Part shown: piece by piece, positions 20,327 to 29,447 of the stretch
Numbering within the stretch: the first letter of the stretch is position 1
How the letters are laid out: the number at the start of each line of letters is the position of its first letter
Origin: Candidatus Woesebacteria bacterium GW2011_GWC1_42_9
Lineage (GTDB): Bacteria > Patescibacteriota > Microgenomatia > UBA8517
Direction: 5' to 3'
Assembly: GCA_000995185.1 (NCBI GenBank)
Contig: LCET01000002.1
Location: 220 to 64,219 of the forward strand
Length of the DNA stretch: 64,000 bases
Position numbers and translations under genes: made by a program
Notes under the pieces: generated by a model
The model's input: the letters and a program-made list of their open reading frames with translations, nothing else
Told to the model about the DNA's origin: nothing
Database searches by the model: none

Positions 20327-21941
20327 TTATTTCGCCTAGTCCTGTGGATTCCACAATATTACTGCGGGATTGGCTTTCTAAGTTGTACATACGATAAACA
20401 TCGTCAATACTTGTTGATCTTACTGGATTGTACAACCATAAGATAGTTTGACACCAGAGGTCCGCATTGCAGTCAACCCCCCTGTCTCGAAAACTGGCTT
20501 CCAGTTCTTCAAGTGTAGACATAGGAGACATATACAGCTTTATTTGATCGCCCGTTCTTACAATCTCGCCAATCTGGGATAATGCGTCTGCCATTGGAAC
20601 TGCTCCCACCTGTCCGCCTCCAACAGAAAATGCAAGATTACGATTCAAGGGTTCTGTCACCTGCAGTGTGATCGTTCCTGATCCGTCTACATTAGGGAGC
20701 GCAATGATGAAGCTTACGAATTCCACGGAATTATTGCCTATCTGAGCTGAAAAGATCTCGTGGTCAAGGTATACGGCGTTAATAGTGTATATTGCTCGAG
20801 GTGAAGATTCGATGTCTTCTCGTATTCCTAACTCTTCCAGTTGGTTTGAAATCGTAAGTCTTTCTATGGGAATATTGGACCTTGTCAGTCCATTTCGAGT
20901 TATAGAAAAGCTATCTCCGTTAATTTCAACGATATCTCCACGATTGAATTTGTACCAACCTGCGAATTCAATATTATTAGTTGGTGCTAAGCCGAAGTCT
21001 GGTGTTTCTGACTCACTGAGTTTCCCCAACTCTCCATTTTCTCCTGGTACCACCTCATGCCTTGCTTCGGGAGTGGTAAGAGCTGTTGGCCCTCCTTCTG
21101 GAGTGTTGGTGTCAAATTCAAGCTCAGCTGAAAGCAGGTTTTCAATTGACATTCCCTCCACATTTAGCGCTGACCGATGAATTGCTCTTTCTTGCTCCTC
21201 CAGTGTCCTTGATCCCATTTCCCGGGCAAAGGCATTAAGGTCAAACACATAACGGGCTACTTGCTGTTCTTGAGAGGTGTCCACAAGGATGACCATGTCT
21301 GAGTCGTTGACTAAAAACCGGATGGTTTCCCGATTGAGGGCACTGCCTTCTAATCTATTGATGACTATGGTAATTTGGCCAGGGGGAAGGACAAGAGAAC
21401 CGCTTTCCCGGAAAGTAACGATGCTATTGTGTTGATACGTTACTAATCCTTGCTCTGTTTCTACCAACACATCTTCAGCTAATTCCAGCCATTCTTGATC
21501 CTCAAAGGTGACGACGTTCATGTGGGCAACAACGTTTTCAGGGAGATGGTCAGCGGCATTTTCAAGCATACTGCGGTAACGAAGGCCTTCCTCACTTGAA
21601 GGGTCAAGACTAGCAACAGTTTGGCCAGTATCCTCGATTTCACCAGTTTCGTTTTGCTGGAGAACATGAATATTGTCGAGATTAATTGTCTCAGCAATAC
21701 CTGTTTGTTCAGGGTTTTGGCCGCCGGCAAGAGAAGAACTATCCCTCCTGCCTTTTGAGCTCTCAAAGGATTTTGTATTACTATTGAGGAGGCCCGCGGA
21801 TGATGCAGTAATTGCTCCGGCCAAGACCACTCTAGCTGCATCTTTTCTGTCCAATCCCCTAGGATCATTGAGGTCCTTTCTGTTCAAAGGATGGACGACT
21901 TTTTGGTGTTCGGGCTGTTTGTCTGTCATTCGCTCACTCAT
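20295..21941 (-). CDS. Acidic hypothetical protein, possibly membrane-anchored
   Basis: 548 aa ORF; one hydrophobic stretch near the N-terminus. Confidence 0.7.
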   Translation of the reverse strand: MSERMTDKQPEHQKVVHPLNRKDLNDPRGLDRKDAARVVLAGAITASSAGLLNSNTKSFESSKGRRDSSSLAGGQNPEQTGIAETINLDNIHVLQQNETGEIEDTGQTVASLDPSSEEGLRYRSMLENAADHLPENVVAHMNVVTFEDQEWLELAEDVLVETEQGLVTYQHNSIVTFRESGSLVLPPGQITIVINRLEGSALNRETIRFLVNDSDMVILVDTSQEQQVARYVFDLNAFAREMGSRTLEEQERAIHRSALNVEGMSIENLLSAELEFDTNTPEGGPTALTTPEARHEVVPGENGELGKLSESETPDFGLAPTNNIEFAGWYKFNRGDIVEINGDSFSITRNGLTRSNIPIERLTISNQLEELGIREDIESSPRAIYTINAVYLDHEIFSAQIGNNSVEFVSFIIALPNVDGSGTITLQVTEPLNRNLAFSVGGGQVGAVPMADALSQIGEIVRTGDQIKLYMSPMSTLEELEASFRDRGVDCNADLWCQTILWLYNPVRSTSIDDVYRMYNLESQSRSNIVESTGLGEIIVTRHLGESY

Positions 21942-22006
21942 AATAACACAATAATTAATTCCTCGAATTATATCCTATAGCCGGTACAAGTCAAGTTTTC
22001 AGGCAT

Positions 22007-22031
22007 AAAAAAACCCCGCATTACGCGGGGG
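22007..22031 (-). terminator. Rho-independent terminator
   Basis: CCCCGC/GCGGGG stem followed by T7 on the minus strand; second hairpin GTCTCT..AGAGAC at 22041-22067. Confidence 0.7.
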
Positions 22032-22142
22032 TGTCAGAAAGTCTCTCTGCCTCAAGGGCAAAGAGACCAGATATAGTAAGTGCAAGCCTCTCATTCCTCA
22101 TTTCTAGGTTTATTCTATCATGAATGGTCAAACTTGGAACGA

Positions 22143-23360
22143 TTAGTCTTTATTCAAAATTTCAGTTAGAGCGATGGCGTGTGGCAAAGAAGAAAGGGGC
22201 TTAAGAGAAATTCGGTCATCCAAGAAAAACAACGGATTTGAAGTTTGCTTTGCTTTGTTAAAGCATTGGTTAAAGGTGTCGGCATATAACTTTCTTAAGT
22301 TTTGATCAGGATTACTATATAGACCTATTTCGAACAGGGCCCTTCTCAAGGTTAAAAGAACTGTATCTAAAGAGGCATAATATAAAGATAATGATATGCT
22401 CTTTTTTAGATTAAATTCAATTATAAAAGTTTCTTTTTCGCGTTCATGTGCACTTTTTTCTCGGGGATCAATCCCTTTCTTAAAATAGTTCAAATAATTG
22501 ATTGTGTGTCCCAGTTCGTGAATTAGATCTAAGGATTGGTGGCGAAAATTGCCATTATTATTAATTTCTATGTCAAAACTATCGAATTCTGGTTGATATC
22601 TCATTCTTGAGAAATTCCCATGTTTGATAATTATTTTATCTTTGTATTTTTTTAATATGTTGCGTTCCTTGATTGTGGAATCCAGTACCTCATCCTGGGT
22701 GTTAAATGGGAATTGTGAAAGTCGGCATACATAGCAAGGCATGTTAAATTTCGAATAAAACCAATTAGGAAGATTACCATCTTTTGGAAGATGTTGGTTG
22801 CAGTAGCTTATGGCTCGGTTTATATTTTTTGTAAAACATTTATATGTTGAGTGAGAAATTTTATCTTTCTCTAGAACCATTTCAACGTAAGATGGAAATC
22901 TTTTTTTTATTGCATAATCGATGTGTTCCACTACCAAGCCCCTGAATTTATTTTCAATTTCCGTTTCTGAAAGGCCAAAACTTTTCCAGACTTTTTCCCG
23001 GTCTTTCGGATTAGCATCAAAAAGCTCTTTTCTGTAGACATAATGCATCTCATACGGGATCAAGGAATAATATTTTACAGAAGCGCCATGAGTGAGAGAC
23101 GGTTTACTCAAAGAGACCTTTTTAATAGTTTTAGAGGCCAGGTTCTCTGCGATTTTATCCCTTGTCCACAATTTAATGTATGTTCGAGAGGAACAAGTCT
23201 TAATTTTGGGCAGTTTCTCGTAATGTTTTTTTGCCTCCTTAGAGGCTTTTAATATCAATTGTTTGAGATTTGAAGTTTTGAAAGATTTTAGCTCTGATTG
23301 ATATTTTGGAAGGTATTCTTGAAAAATTAACTCTAAATCATCATTCCATATCATTGGCAT
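22143..23360 (-). CDS. HExxH metallopeptidase-like protein (M3/gluzincin-like)
   Basis: LIHELGH with downstream Glu residues (HEREKE) and RALFE..LY. Confidence 0.6.
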   Translation of the reverse strand: MPMIWNDDLELIFQEYLPKYQSELKSFKTSNLKQLILKASKEAKKHYEKLPKIKTCSSRTYIKLWTRDKIAENLASKTIKKVSLSKPSLTHGASVKYYSLIPYEMHYVYRKELFDANPKDREKVWKSFGLSETEIENKFRGLVVEHIDYAIKKRFPSYVEMVLEKDKISHSTYKCFTKNINRAISYCNQHLPKDGNLPNWFYSKFNMPCYVCRLSQFPFNTQDEVLDSTIKERNILKKYKDKIIIKHGNFSRMRYQPEFDSFDIEINNNGNFRHQSLDLIHELGHTINYLNYFKKGIDPREKSAHEREKETFIIEFNLKKSISLSLYYASLDTVLLTLRRALFEIGLYSNPDQNLRKLYADTFNQCFNKAKQTSNPLFFLDDRISLKPLSSLPHAIALTEILNKD

Positions 23361-23378
23361 ATTTTATCTTAAAAAAAT

Positions 23379-23427
23379 GGGAAAGAGTAAAGCTTTTGCT
23401 TTCATAGGTTCGCGCCCACTCTTTCCC
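23379..23427 (-). terminator. Terminator-like stem between the small peptide gene and the peptidase gene
   Basis: GGGAAAGAGT / ACTCTTTCCC 10 bp inverted repeat, T-run after it on the minus strand. Confidence 0.5.
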
Positions 23428-23444
23428 CGTCTAGTCGTTCTTGC

Positions 23445-23666
23445 TCAATCGTCCTTGGCTGCGCCAGGGACATTGCTTGCGTCTTGTCCACATCCACCTG
23501 TGCTCCCTTGGTTGCCTCCGGAGGATTGTTCAAATCCCTTACTTCCGGACACGGCATCCTGGGGGTTTGTGTGAACTACGCGGTCAGATCCATAGTACAC
23601 TGTTTTACTTGGATCTAACCCGTATTTCTCGGCAAGCTCCTGAGCTTTTGATTTAGGGCCAGCCAT
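23445..23666 (-). CDS. Small Gly/Ser-rich peptide (73 aa)
   Basis: TAGGAGGT SD upstream of ATG; downstream stem. Confidence 0.65.
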   Translation of the reverse strand: MAGPKSKAQELAEKYGLDPSKTVYYGSDRVVHTNPQDAVSGSKGFEQSSGGNQGSTGGCGQDASNVPGAAKDD

Positions 23667-24069
23667 TAGGCTACCTCCTAAAACTAGGCTCTAAGCCAGG
23701 ACAATATTTGGTCTTATCAAAGTGCAAACGACATGACCACGTACATTATATCAAATACCTACAAATATACAACAAAACAGTCCATTAAATCTGAAGCGGA
23801 TTATTTTTTTGGCTTCAAGATTGACTTGTGTTTTTCGTAATAACTAGTGAAGTTTTTTACAGTGGTATCAATAAATTTCTGCGCACTTTCATTCCCCTCT
23901 TTGACTTTTCCGGAATAATATTCTCAGCATAAAGAGCGTCATACAAAATTAAAACTGGTACTGTTTCATCTTCCCTTTCTTTTTTCGTTTTGTTGTTGTT
24001 TAAAAACAACAGAAGAGTGAGCAAAAGCCTAGCGGGCACCGATGTTAAGGTAATCCCATGCCTGCGGCG

Positions 24070-24098
24070 ATATTACTCGACAGTGTAGTTGTTGTCAA
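24070..24098 (-). promoter_or_regulatory. Sigma70-type promoter
   Basis: TTGACA-N17-TAATAT on the minus strand. Confidence 0.5.
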
Positions 24099-24118
24099 AC
24101 CGAAACATTCAATCGTCA

Positions 24119-25309
24119 CTACTCATACCGTATGGCCTCAATTGGGGTAAGACTGCTGGCTCTCCTGGCCGGGAAAACACCGAAAAATACTCCAATGAGA
24201 GTTGAAATCCCGATTGCAAGCACAACAGCGAAGAAATTAAGCGCAATTGGAAAATAAGGGTGAACCAGTACCACAATTAAAGCTGAAACCAAAAGCCCCA
24301 TCACTCCTCCAAAGCCAGATAAAAGGACCGACTCGGTCAAAAACTGCGCCATAATATCGCCTCTTGTCGCCCCAATTGCCCGTCTGATGCCAATTTCTTT
24401 TGTGCGCTCGGTAACGTTTGCATACATAATATTCATTATCCCGATTCCCCCAACCACTAGTGAAATTGACCCTATGGCAATAAGAACTCCATTAACCATA
24501 TTAAATATTTGGTTAACTACCTCCAAAAGCTCGTCCTGCTCACTGACTGAAAAATCGTCTTTATCGTAGCGTCTCGCAAGCGCTTCCTCAGCCTGCAATT
24601 TCACGCTCTCTATCTTATCTTCATCGTTAACTCCCACATAAATTGACCAGAACGTCTTGTCCGGATTAATGCTTCCATAAGTTGTACGATAAGACATAAC
24701 TACCGACCCATCTAATTCATTATCCCCCTTTTTTTCTATCACTCCTATGACCTTAAACCGCTGGTTATTAAATCGAATGGTTTTGCCAACCGCTAGTGAC
24801 GGATCACTATAGAGTTTGTCTGCCAGTGAGTAGCCCAAAACCACATTTTTAGATCTTCCCTGTACCTCCGACTTAGTCAAAATAGATCCATATTCGGCAG
24901 AGGCATTCATCACTTCGAAAAATTCCTCATTTATCCCCATCACATAGCCAAATTCTTCTTCTCCCTCACTTTCAATCACAGCAGACTTAAAAAATACGGG
25001 CACAACATAAGTTGCATCCGAGATTCTCCTTAAGCTATTTACGTCCCGCTCATCTAGGCTGATGGAGCTCGTAAAAGCCCCGGCATTAAACCCGCTTTCA
25101 AAGCCGCTCCCGGGCATAACCATAATTAAATTTGTTCCCATATTCTCAAATTGCCCCTTTATGTAATTTTTCAGTCCAATCCCAAGAGCGATCAACATCA
25201 CTACAGACAAGACCCCGATCATTATCCCTAAGGACGCCAGCAGAGTCCGTGTCTTATTTCTTTTGAAATCTTCTATAGAATTTTTGATCTGAAATATAAA
25301 ATATCTCAT
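24119..25309 (-). CDS. MacB/FtsX-type ABC permease
   Basis: GIMIGV, GGIGIMNIM...ERTKEIGIRRAIGA, PARRAS.L.PIEAIRYE. Confidence 0.93.
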   Translation of the reverse strand: MRYFIFQIKNSIEDFKRNKTRTLLASLGIMIGVLSVVMLIALGIGLKNYIKGQFENMGTNLIMVMPGSGFESGFNAGAFTSSISLDERDVNSLRRISDATYVVPVFFKSAVIESEGEEEFGYVMGINEEFFEVMNASAEYGSILTKSEVQGRSKNVVLGYSLADKLYSDPSLAVGKTIRFNNQRFKVIGVIEKKGDNELDGSVVMSYRTTYGSINPDKTFWSIYVGVNDEDKIESVKLQAEEALARRYDKDDFSVSEQDELLEVVNQIFNMVNGVLIAIGSISLVVGGIGIMNIMYANVTERTKEIGIRRAIGATRGDIMAQFLTESVLLSGFGGVMGLLVSALIVVLVHPYFPIALNFFAVVLAIGISTLIGVFFGVFPARRASSLTPIEAIRYE

Positions 25310-25310
25310 C

Positions 25311-25991
25311 TTATAATCTTGTGACGATCTCCCCGTCTTTAACGTAGATTTTTCTTTTGGTTCTTTCAGCTACATCCGGCTCATGCGTAACGATCACCAC
25401 AGTCACTCCAAACTCTTTGTTCAAACCCTCGAGAAGTTCCATAATTTCATCCCCCGTTTTGGTATCGATATTTCCCGTAGGCTCATCTGCCAAAATTAAA
25501 TCCGGTTTCATAATAAGCGACCGAACAATTGCTGTTCTTTGCTGCTGTCCCCCAGAAATTTCATTCGGGTGAAAGTTGGCCCGCTCATATATCCCAAAGC
25601 GCTTAAGAAGCTTCATCGCCCTCTTTTGCGGGTCAAAATCAAGTTCATATTTGGCGTACTGTGCAGGAAGGATAATATTTTCCAATACGGTAAATTTCTC
25701 AATCAAATTAAATTGCTGAAACACAAAGCCCACCTTCTGATTCCTTAAACTACTAATGGCATCATCACTCAGCCGACTGATGTCTTTCCCAAAAAGATTA
25801 ATTTTCCCACTCGAAGGCTTGTCAAGTAGCCCAATGATATGCATCAAAGTACTTTTCCCACTCCCGGAAGGCCCCAGTATCCCCACATATTCCCCTTTTT
25901 TTATGTTAAGGTTTGCTTTTTTAAGCGCCTCTACTTTCTCCTCGCCTAAATAATAAGTTTTGTAAACATTTTGAAGCTTAATCATAAACAA
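25311..25991 (-). CDS. ABC ATP-binding protein (MacB/LolD type)
   Basis: GPSGSGKST, SGGQQQR, ADEPTGN. Confidence 0.95.
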   Translation of the reverse strand: MFMIKLQNVYKTYYLGEEKVEALKKANLNIKKGEYVGILGPSGSGKSTLMHIIGLLDKPSSGKINLFGKDISRLSDDAISSLRNQKVGFVFQQFNLIEKFTVLENIILPAQYAKYELDFDPQKRAMKLLKRFGIYERANFHPNEISGGQQQRTAIVRSLIMKPDLILADEPTGNIDTKTGDEIMELLEGLNKEFGVTVVIVTHEPDVAERTKRKIYVKDGEIVTRL

Positions 25992-27000
25992 CGTCCCCTT
26001 CGTTTACTTCTCCCTTTATCTCTACCCTCTCTTCTCCCTCTATCCCCGCCTCAACATAGACTTTCTTGTCTCCGCCATTCATTAACAAATATTTCCCTTC
26101 CCGATCACTTTGCACAAAAACAGCTGGCACGTACAAAACATTCTCCGCCCTGTCCATAACAAATTTCGCATCGCCTGTCATCCCTAGTCGATATTCAATA
26201 TTTATTGACTCTAAGGCGACTTTAATCCCATATACTACCCCGACTTCCTCAGTATCAGGGGCATAATCCATCCTAGTGATCGTGCCTCGTATTTCCTGAA
26301 CTGGAAAAGAATCCAGAGTTATAACTACAGTTTGATTAATTCTCATTCTGGTGACTTCCGTCTGATCGGCAGAAACTTTGAAGAAAATCGTTTCCGGATT
26401 TAAAACTTTAAATTGAGTTTGATTGTAAAGCGCAGTGACAAGCGGAAAAGGATTCGCAACATAAGTTACTATCCCTTCAAATGGCGCATAAAGAGTGGCC
26501 CCTTTCAAATTTCTTTCGGCCGCAATCACGGCCTCCCAAGCCTTATCCTTATTTACTTCTGCAGTCGTACGAGTATCTTTCTGGATGTAAGTTTCATCAC
26601 TACTGTGGTCTTTCACTTGGTCATGGATATTTTGGACTGTCGCATCGTATTTTCGAAGGTCTGCTAAAGCACTTTGATAAGTCGCGTTTAGTACCGTTGT
26701 ATCAAGCTTCCCAAGAATTTGACCCTTTTTGACCACTTTCCCCTCTTCCACGCCAACATAAACCACTCTACCGCTGGTTTCATATCCTAATTCTGCATAT
26801 TGTGAAGCTGAAATCTCTCCAGACAAAACAAGCTCCTCCACGACCTCCCCGCGCCCAACAGACGCTTTCTCAAAGCCATTTTTCTTTGCATATCGCCTAT
26901 ATCCGACAAACCCTGCGACAGCCAATAAAATAACCAACAACAAAATGCGCTTTTTGCTGGACAAAAACAACCGCCTAAACAACATCAACAATTTTCTCAT
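25978..27000 (-). CDS. MacA-like membrane fusion (periplasmic adaptor) protein
   Basis: N-terminal TM, VEEG..VKKGQ, APFEGIV, GMTG. Confidence 0.9.
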   Translation of the reverse strand: MRKLLMLFRRLFLSSKKRILLLVILLAVAGFVGYRRYAKKNGFEKASVGRGEVVEELVLSGEISASQYAELGYETSGRVVYVGVEEGKVVKKGQILGKLDTTVLNATYQSALADLRKYDATVQNIHDQVKDHSSDETYIQKDTRTTAEVNKDKAWEAVIAAERNLKGATLYAPFEGIVTYVANPFPLVTALYNQTQFKVLNPETIFFKVSADQTEVTRMRINQTVVITLDSFPVQEIRGTITRMDYAPDTEEVGVVYGIKVALESINIEYRLGMTGDAKFVMDRAENVLYVPAVFVQSDREGKYLLMNGGDKKVYVEAGIEGEERVEIKGEVNEGDVVYD

Positions 27001-27036
27001 GGATTAATTATATCCTACCACTTTGGTAATATTCAC

Positions 27037-27252
27037 TTACTCTTGTGGCTCTGAGGTTGATCCAGACCTGGCACCGGAAGACTCCCCTGAATCCTCTCTA
27101 GGACGAGCTTCGTTTACTACCAAGTTTCTTCCTTCAAAATCTTTTCCGTTAAACACTACTGCATCAACTACTGTACCGGCTTGTGCGAAATATTTTCGAA
27201 GCTGATCATTGTCAATGGTATAAGGTAAATTACCTACGTATATCTTTTTCAT
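27037..27252 (-). pseudogene. RRM RNA-binding protein with in-frame deletion of RNP1
   Basis: RNP2 IYVGNL and C-terminal NGKDFEGRNLVVNEARPRE present; GFGFV segment absent; strong AAGGAGGTG SD. Confidence 0.7.
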
Positions 27253-27313
27253 TAAATATCACCTCCTTTTCAGCGACTATTATAGCATAATTTCCTTGTT
27301 TTCAAACAAATAA

Positions 27314-28234
27314 ATGCCCTATACTACAAAGGCTGTGATGAGTAAGATCCAAAAAGTTAGAAAAGCCGTCATCCCCGCAGCCGGTCTTGGGACGCGCTTT
27401 CTCCCTCAAACTAAAGCCATGCCCAAGGAAATGCTTCCGATTGTCGATAAGCCAATAATCCAACACATTGTTGAAGAATTGGTCGAAGTTGGGATCGAGA
27501 CAATCATTATCATCACGGGATACCACAAAAGAGCGATAGAAGATCATTTCGACACTCCCTCAACCGAACTTATCAATAACCTTAAAACGGGAGGCAAAAA
27601 GAAAATTCCCCTCCTAAAAGAAACTAGAAAGATTTCTGAGCTAGCAAACTTTGTGTATTTAAGACAAAAAGGACCATATGGAAACGGTACTCCCCTTTTA
27701 AATGTGAGGAGCATCATCGAAGGAGAACCGTTTATCTACGCCTGGGGGGATGACTTTATCGATGCTAATCCAAGTGAATTCAGACAAATTGTAGATGTGT
27801 ACGAAAAATATGGTTGTAGTGTTCTCTCAAGCGTCCGCGCCAAAAAAGATGACGATTATAATCGCTGGGGATTCGTAAGCGGAGAGGAAATCGAGCCCGG
27901 CATAATTGATGCAAAAAAAATAATTGAAAAGCCCGGAAAAGAAAAGGCGCCAAGCAGTCTGGGGAATGTCTCAAGCTTTCTTTTCGCGCCGGAAATTTAT
28001 AACTATATCGATGAAGCTTTTGCCAATTTAAAGGAGGGAAAAGAATTTTACTATAACGACATCCTTAAATTAATGCTAAAAAGAGGAGAACGCGTCCTCG
28101 CCGCCGAAATAAAAGGCGGAGAATTTCAGGATACCGGGAATAAGCTTGAGTATATGAAGACTGTGGTGAAGTTTGGCCTCAGGCATCCGGAGTTTGGCAA
28201 AAGCTTCAGGAAGTATTTAAAGGAAAATATATAA
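27314..28234 (+). CDS. galU: UTP-glucose-1-phosphate uridylyltransferase
   Basis: KAVIPAAGLGTRFLP.TKA.PKEMLP, IEKP, DTGNK. Confidence 0.93.
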   Translation: MPYTTKAVMSKIQKVRKAVIPAAGLGTRFLPQTKAMPKEMLPIVDKPIIQHIVEELVEVGIETIIIITGYHKRAIEDHFDTPSTELINNLKTGGKKKIPLLKETRKISELANFVYLRQKGPYGNGTPLLNVRSIIEGEPFIYAWGDDFIDANPSEFRQIVDVYEKYGCSVLSSVRAKKDDDYNRWGFVSGEEIEPGIIDAKKIIEKPGKEKAPSSLGNVSSFLFAPEIYNYIDEAFANLKEGKEFYYNDILKLMLKRGERVLAAEIKGGEFQDTGNKLEYMKTVVKFGLRHPEFGKSFRKYLKENI

Positions 28235-28240
28235 ACCAAG

Positions 28241-28828
28241 TTAACGCTTGTTCGGCGCTACATTCCACATCTTCTTGTCAACAAGGTTCACCACCCAGCT
28301 CTTCCCGCCAGTGCCGCCGCCTTCTCCGTTCAGGCTGATAAAATAAGGAGAATTTGGAAGATCTATCTCAACAATTACATTTCCTCTGCTCCTATTAATG
28401 AAATTCTGGTCGGCCTCAACTAAATAATTCCCTCGGGTGGGGCCATAGGTTTTAGACTCAAAATCACCCAATCCCGGCTGACCCCAAACCCTCATAATAT
28501 TACCGCGAGACCTGAGTGCAATCTCTGGCAGGCCCTGCAAATTAGTTTTAAGGTCCAGTGCTACTCTGGGCAAAATTCCATCTAATTTAACACCAGAAAG
28601 CACTAATTTTGCCCCTCCAATCTTTTTTTCTGAAGACAACAAGCCGAGAGAATTATCCCCAGGACCACGTCCAAACAGTACTGTATGTCCATTGTTAACC
28701 CTAAAAGTATACCTGTCGCCAACTTCAACTTCTTTGCCAGGGACAACGGTCGGCTGCTTTTCAAAGGTTATAGGTTTCTCATATACCCTTTTAAACCTTT
28801 CCCATATTCCCCCAGTGTCTTCAGCCAT
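28241..28828 (-). CDS. Hypothetical protein
   Basis: 195 aa ORF filling the gap between convergent genes. Confidence 0.6.
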   Translation of the reverse strand: MAEDTGGIWERFKRVYEKPITFEKQPTVVPGKEVEVGDRYTFRVNNGHTVLFGRGPGDNSLGLLSSEKKIGGAKLVLSGVKLDGILPRVALDLKTNLQGLPEIALRSRGNIMRVWGQPGLGDFESKTYGPTRGNYLVEADQNFINRSRGNVIVEIDLPNSPYFISLNGEGGGTGGKSWVVNLVDKKMWNVAPNKR

Positions 28829-28942
28829 CGTTATGATTTTGTAAAAATAAATCTAATAATCTGCGTCTTCTTCATAGATAAACTATCAACAAATAATACC
28901 ATGCCAGCAAGAAAAATATAGTGTAGTATTAAGCATTAGGAG

Positions 28943-29446
28943 GTGAAAAATATGAATAGTAAAATAATTGGAGTTATTGTAATAGTAGTTGTCGTCGCTT
29001 TGGCCGGATGGTTTTTCCTTAAAGGCAAAGGGGCGGGGCCGCTTAGCACGGTCACGGAAGGAGGATATTCAGATTCAAATCCGTTTACCGGCACCCTTAA
29101 GGCCGCTGTTGCGCTTGGCATACCCATGAAATGCACTTACGAAGAAGGCGGAGTCGAGTATGAAAGTGTCATTCAGGGAAAAAGGTTCAAAGGAAGTGTG
29201 GCGACCGAAGGGGAAACTAGCAGCATCATTATGCTAGACAATTGCATATATTCCTGGAGCAAAGGAACTACTGACGGGATAAAGATGTGTTTCTCGGAGG
29301 AAGACACGGATATCTGGGATGCTAATAATACCGAAAGCGAGGCCCCTACAGCCGATCTTCCTGACAATTTAAAGTGCTACCCGACTACTGTCGGAGCCGG
29401 TGAATTTAGCTTACCAAGCGAGGTTAGTTTTAGAGAATTTAATTAA
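28943..29446 (+). CDS. Membrane-anchored hypothetical protein
   Basis: AGGAGGTG SD; TM; KCTY...Y.W motif. Confidence 0.75.
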   Translation: MKNMNSKIIGVIVIVVVVALAGWFFLKGKGAGPLSTVTEGGYSDSNPFTGTLKAAVALGIPMKCTYEEGGVEYESVIQGKRFKGSVATEGETSSIIMLDNCIYSWSKGTTDGIKMCFSEEDTDIWDANNTESEAPTADLPDNLKCYPTTVGAGEFSLPSEVSFREFN

Positions 29447-29447
29447 G

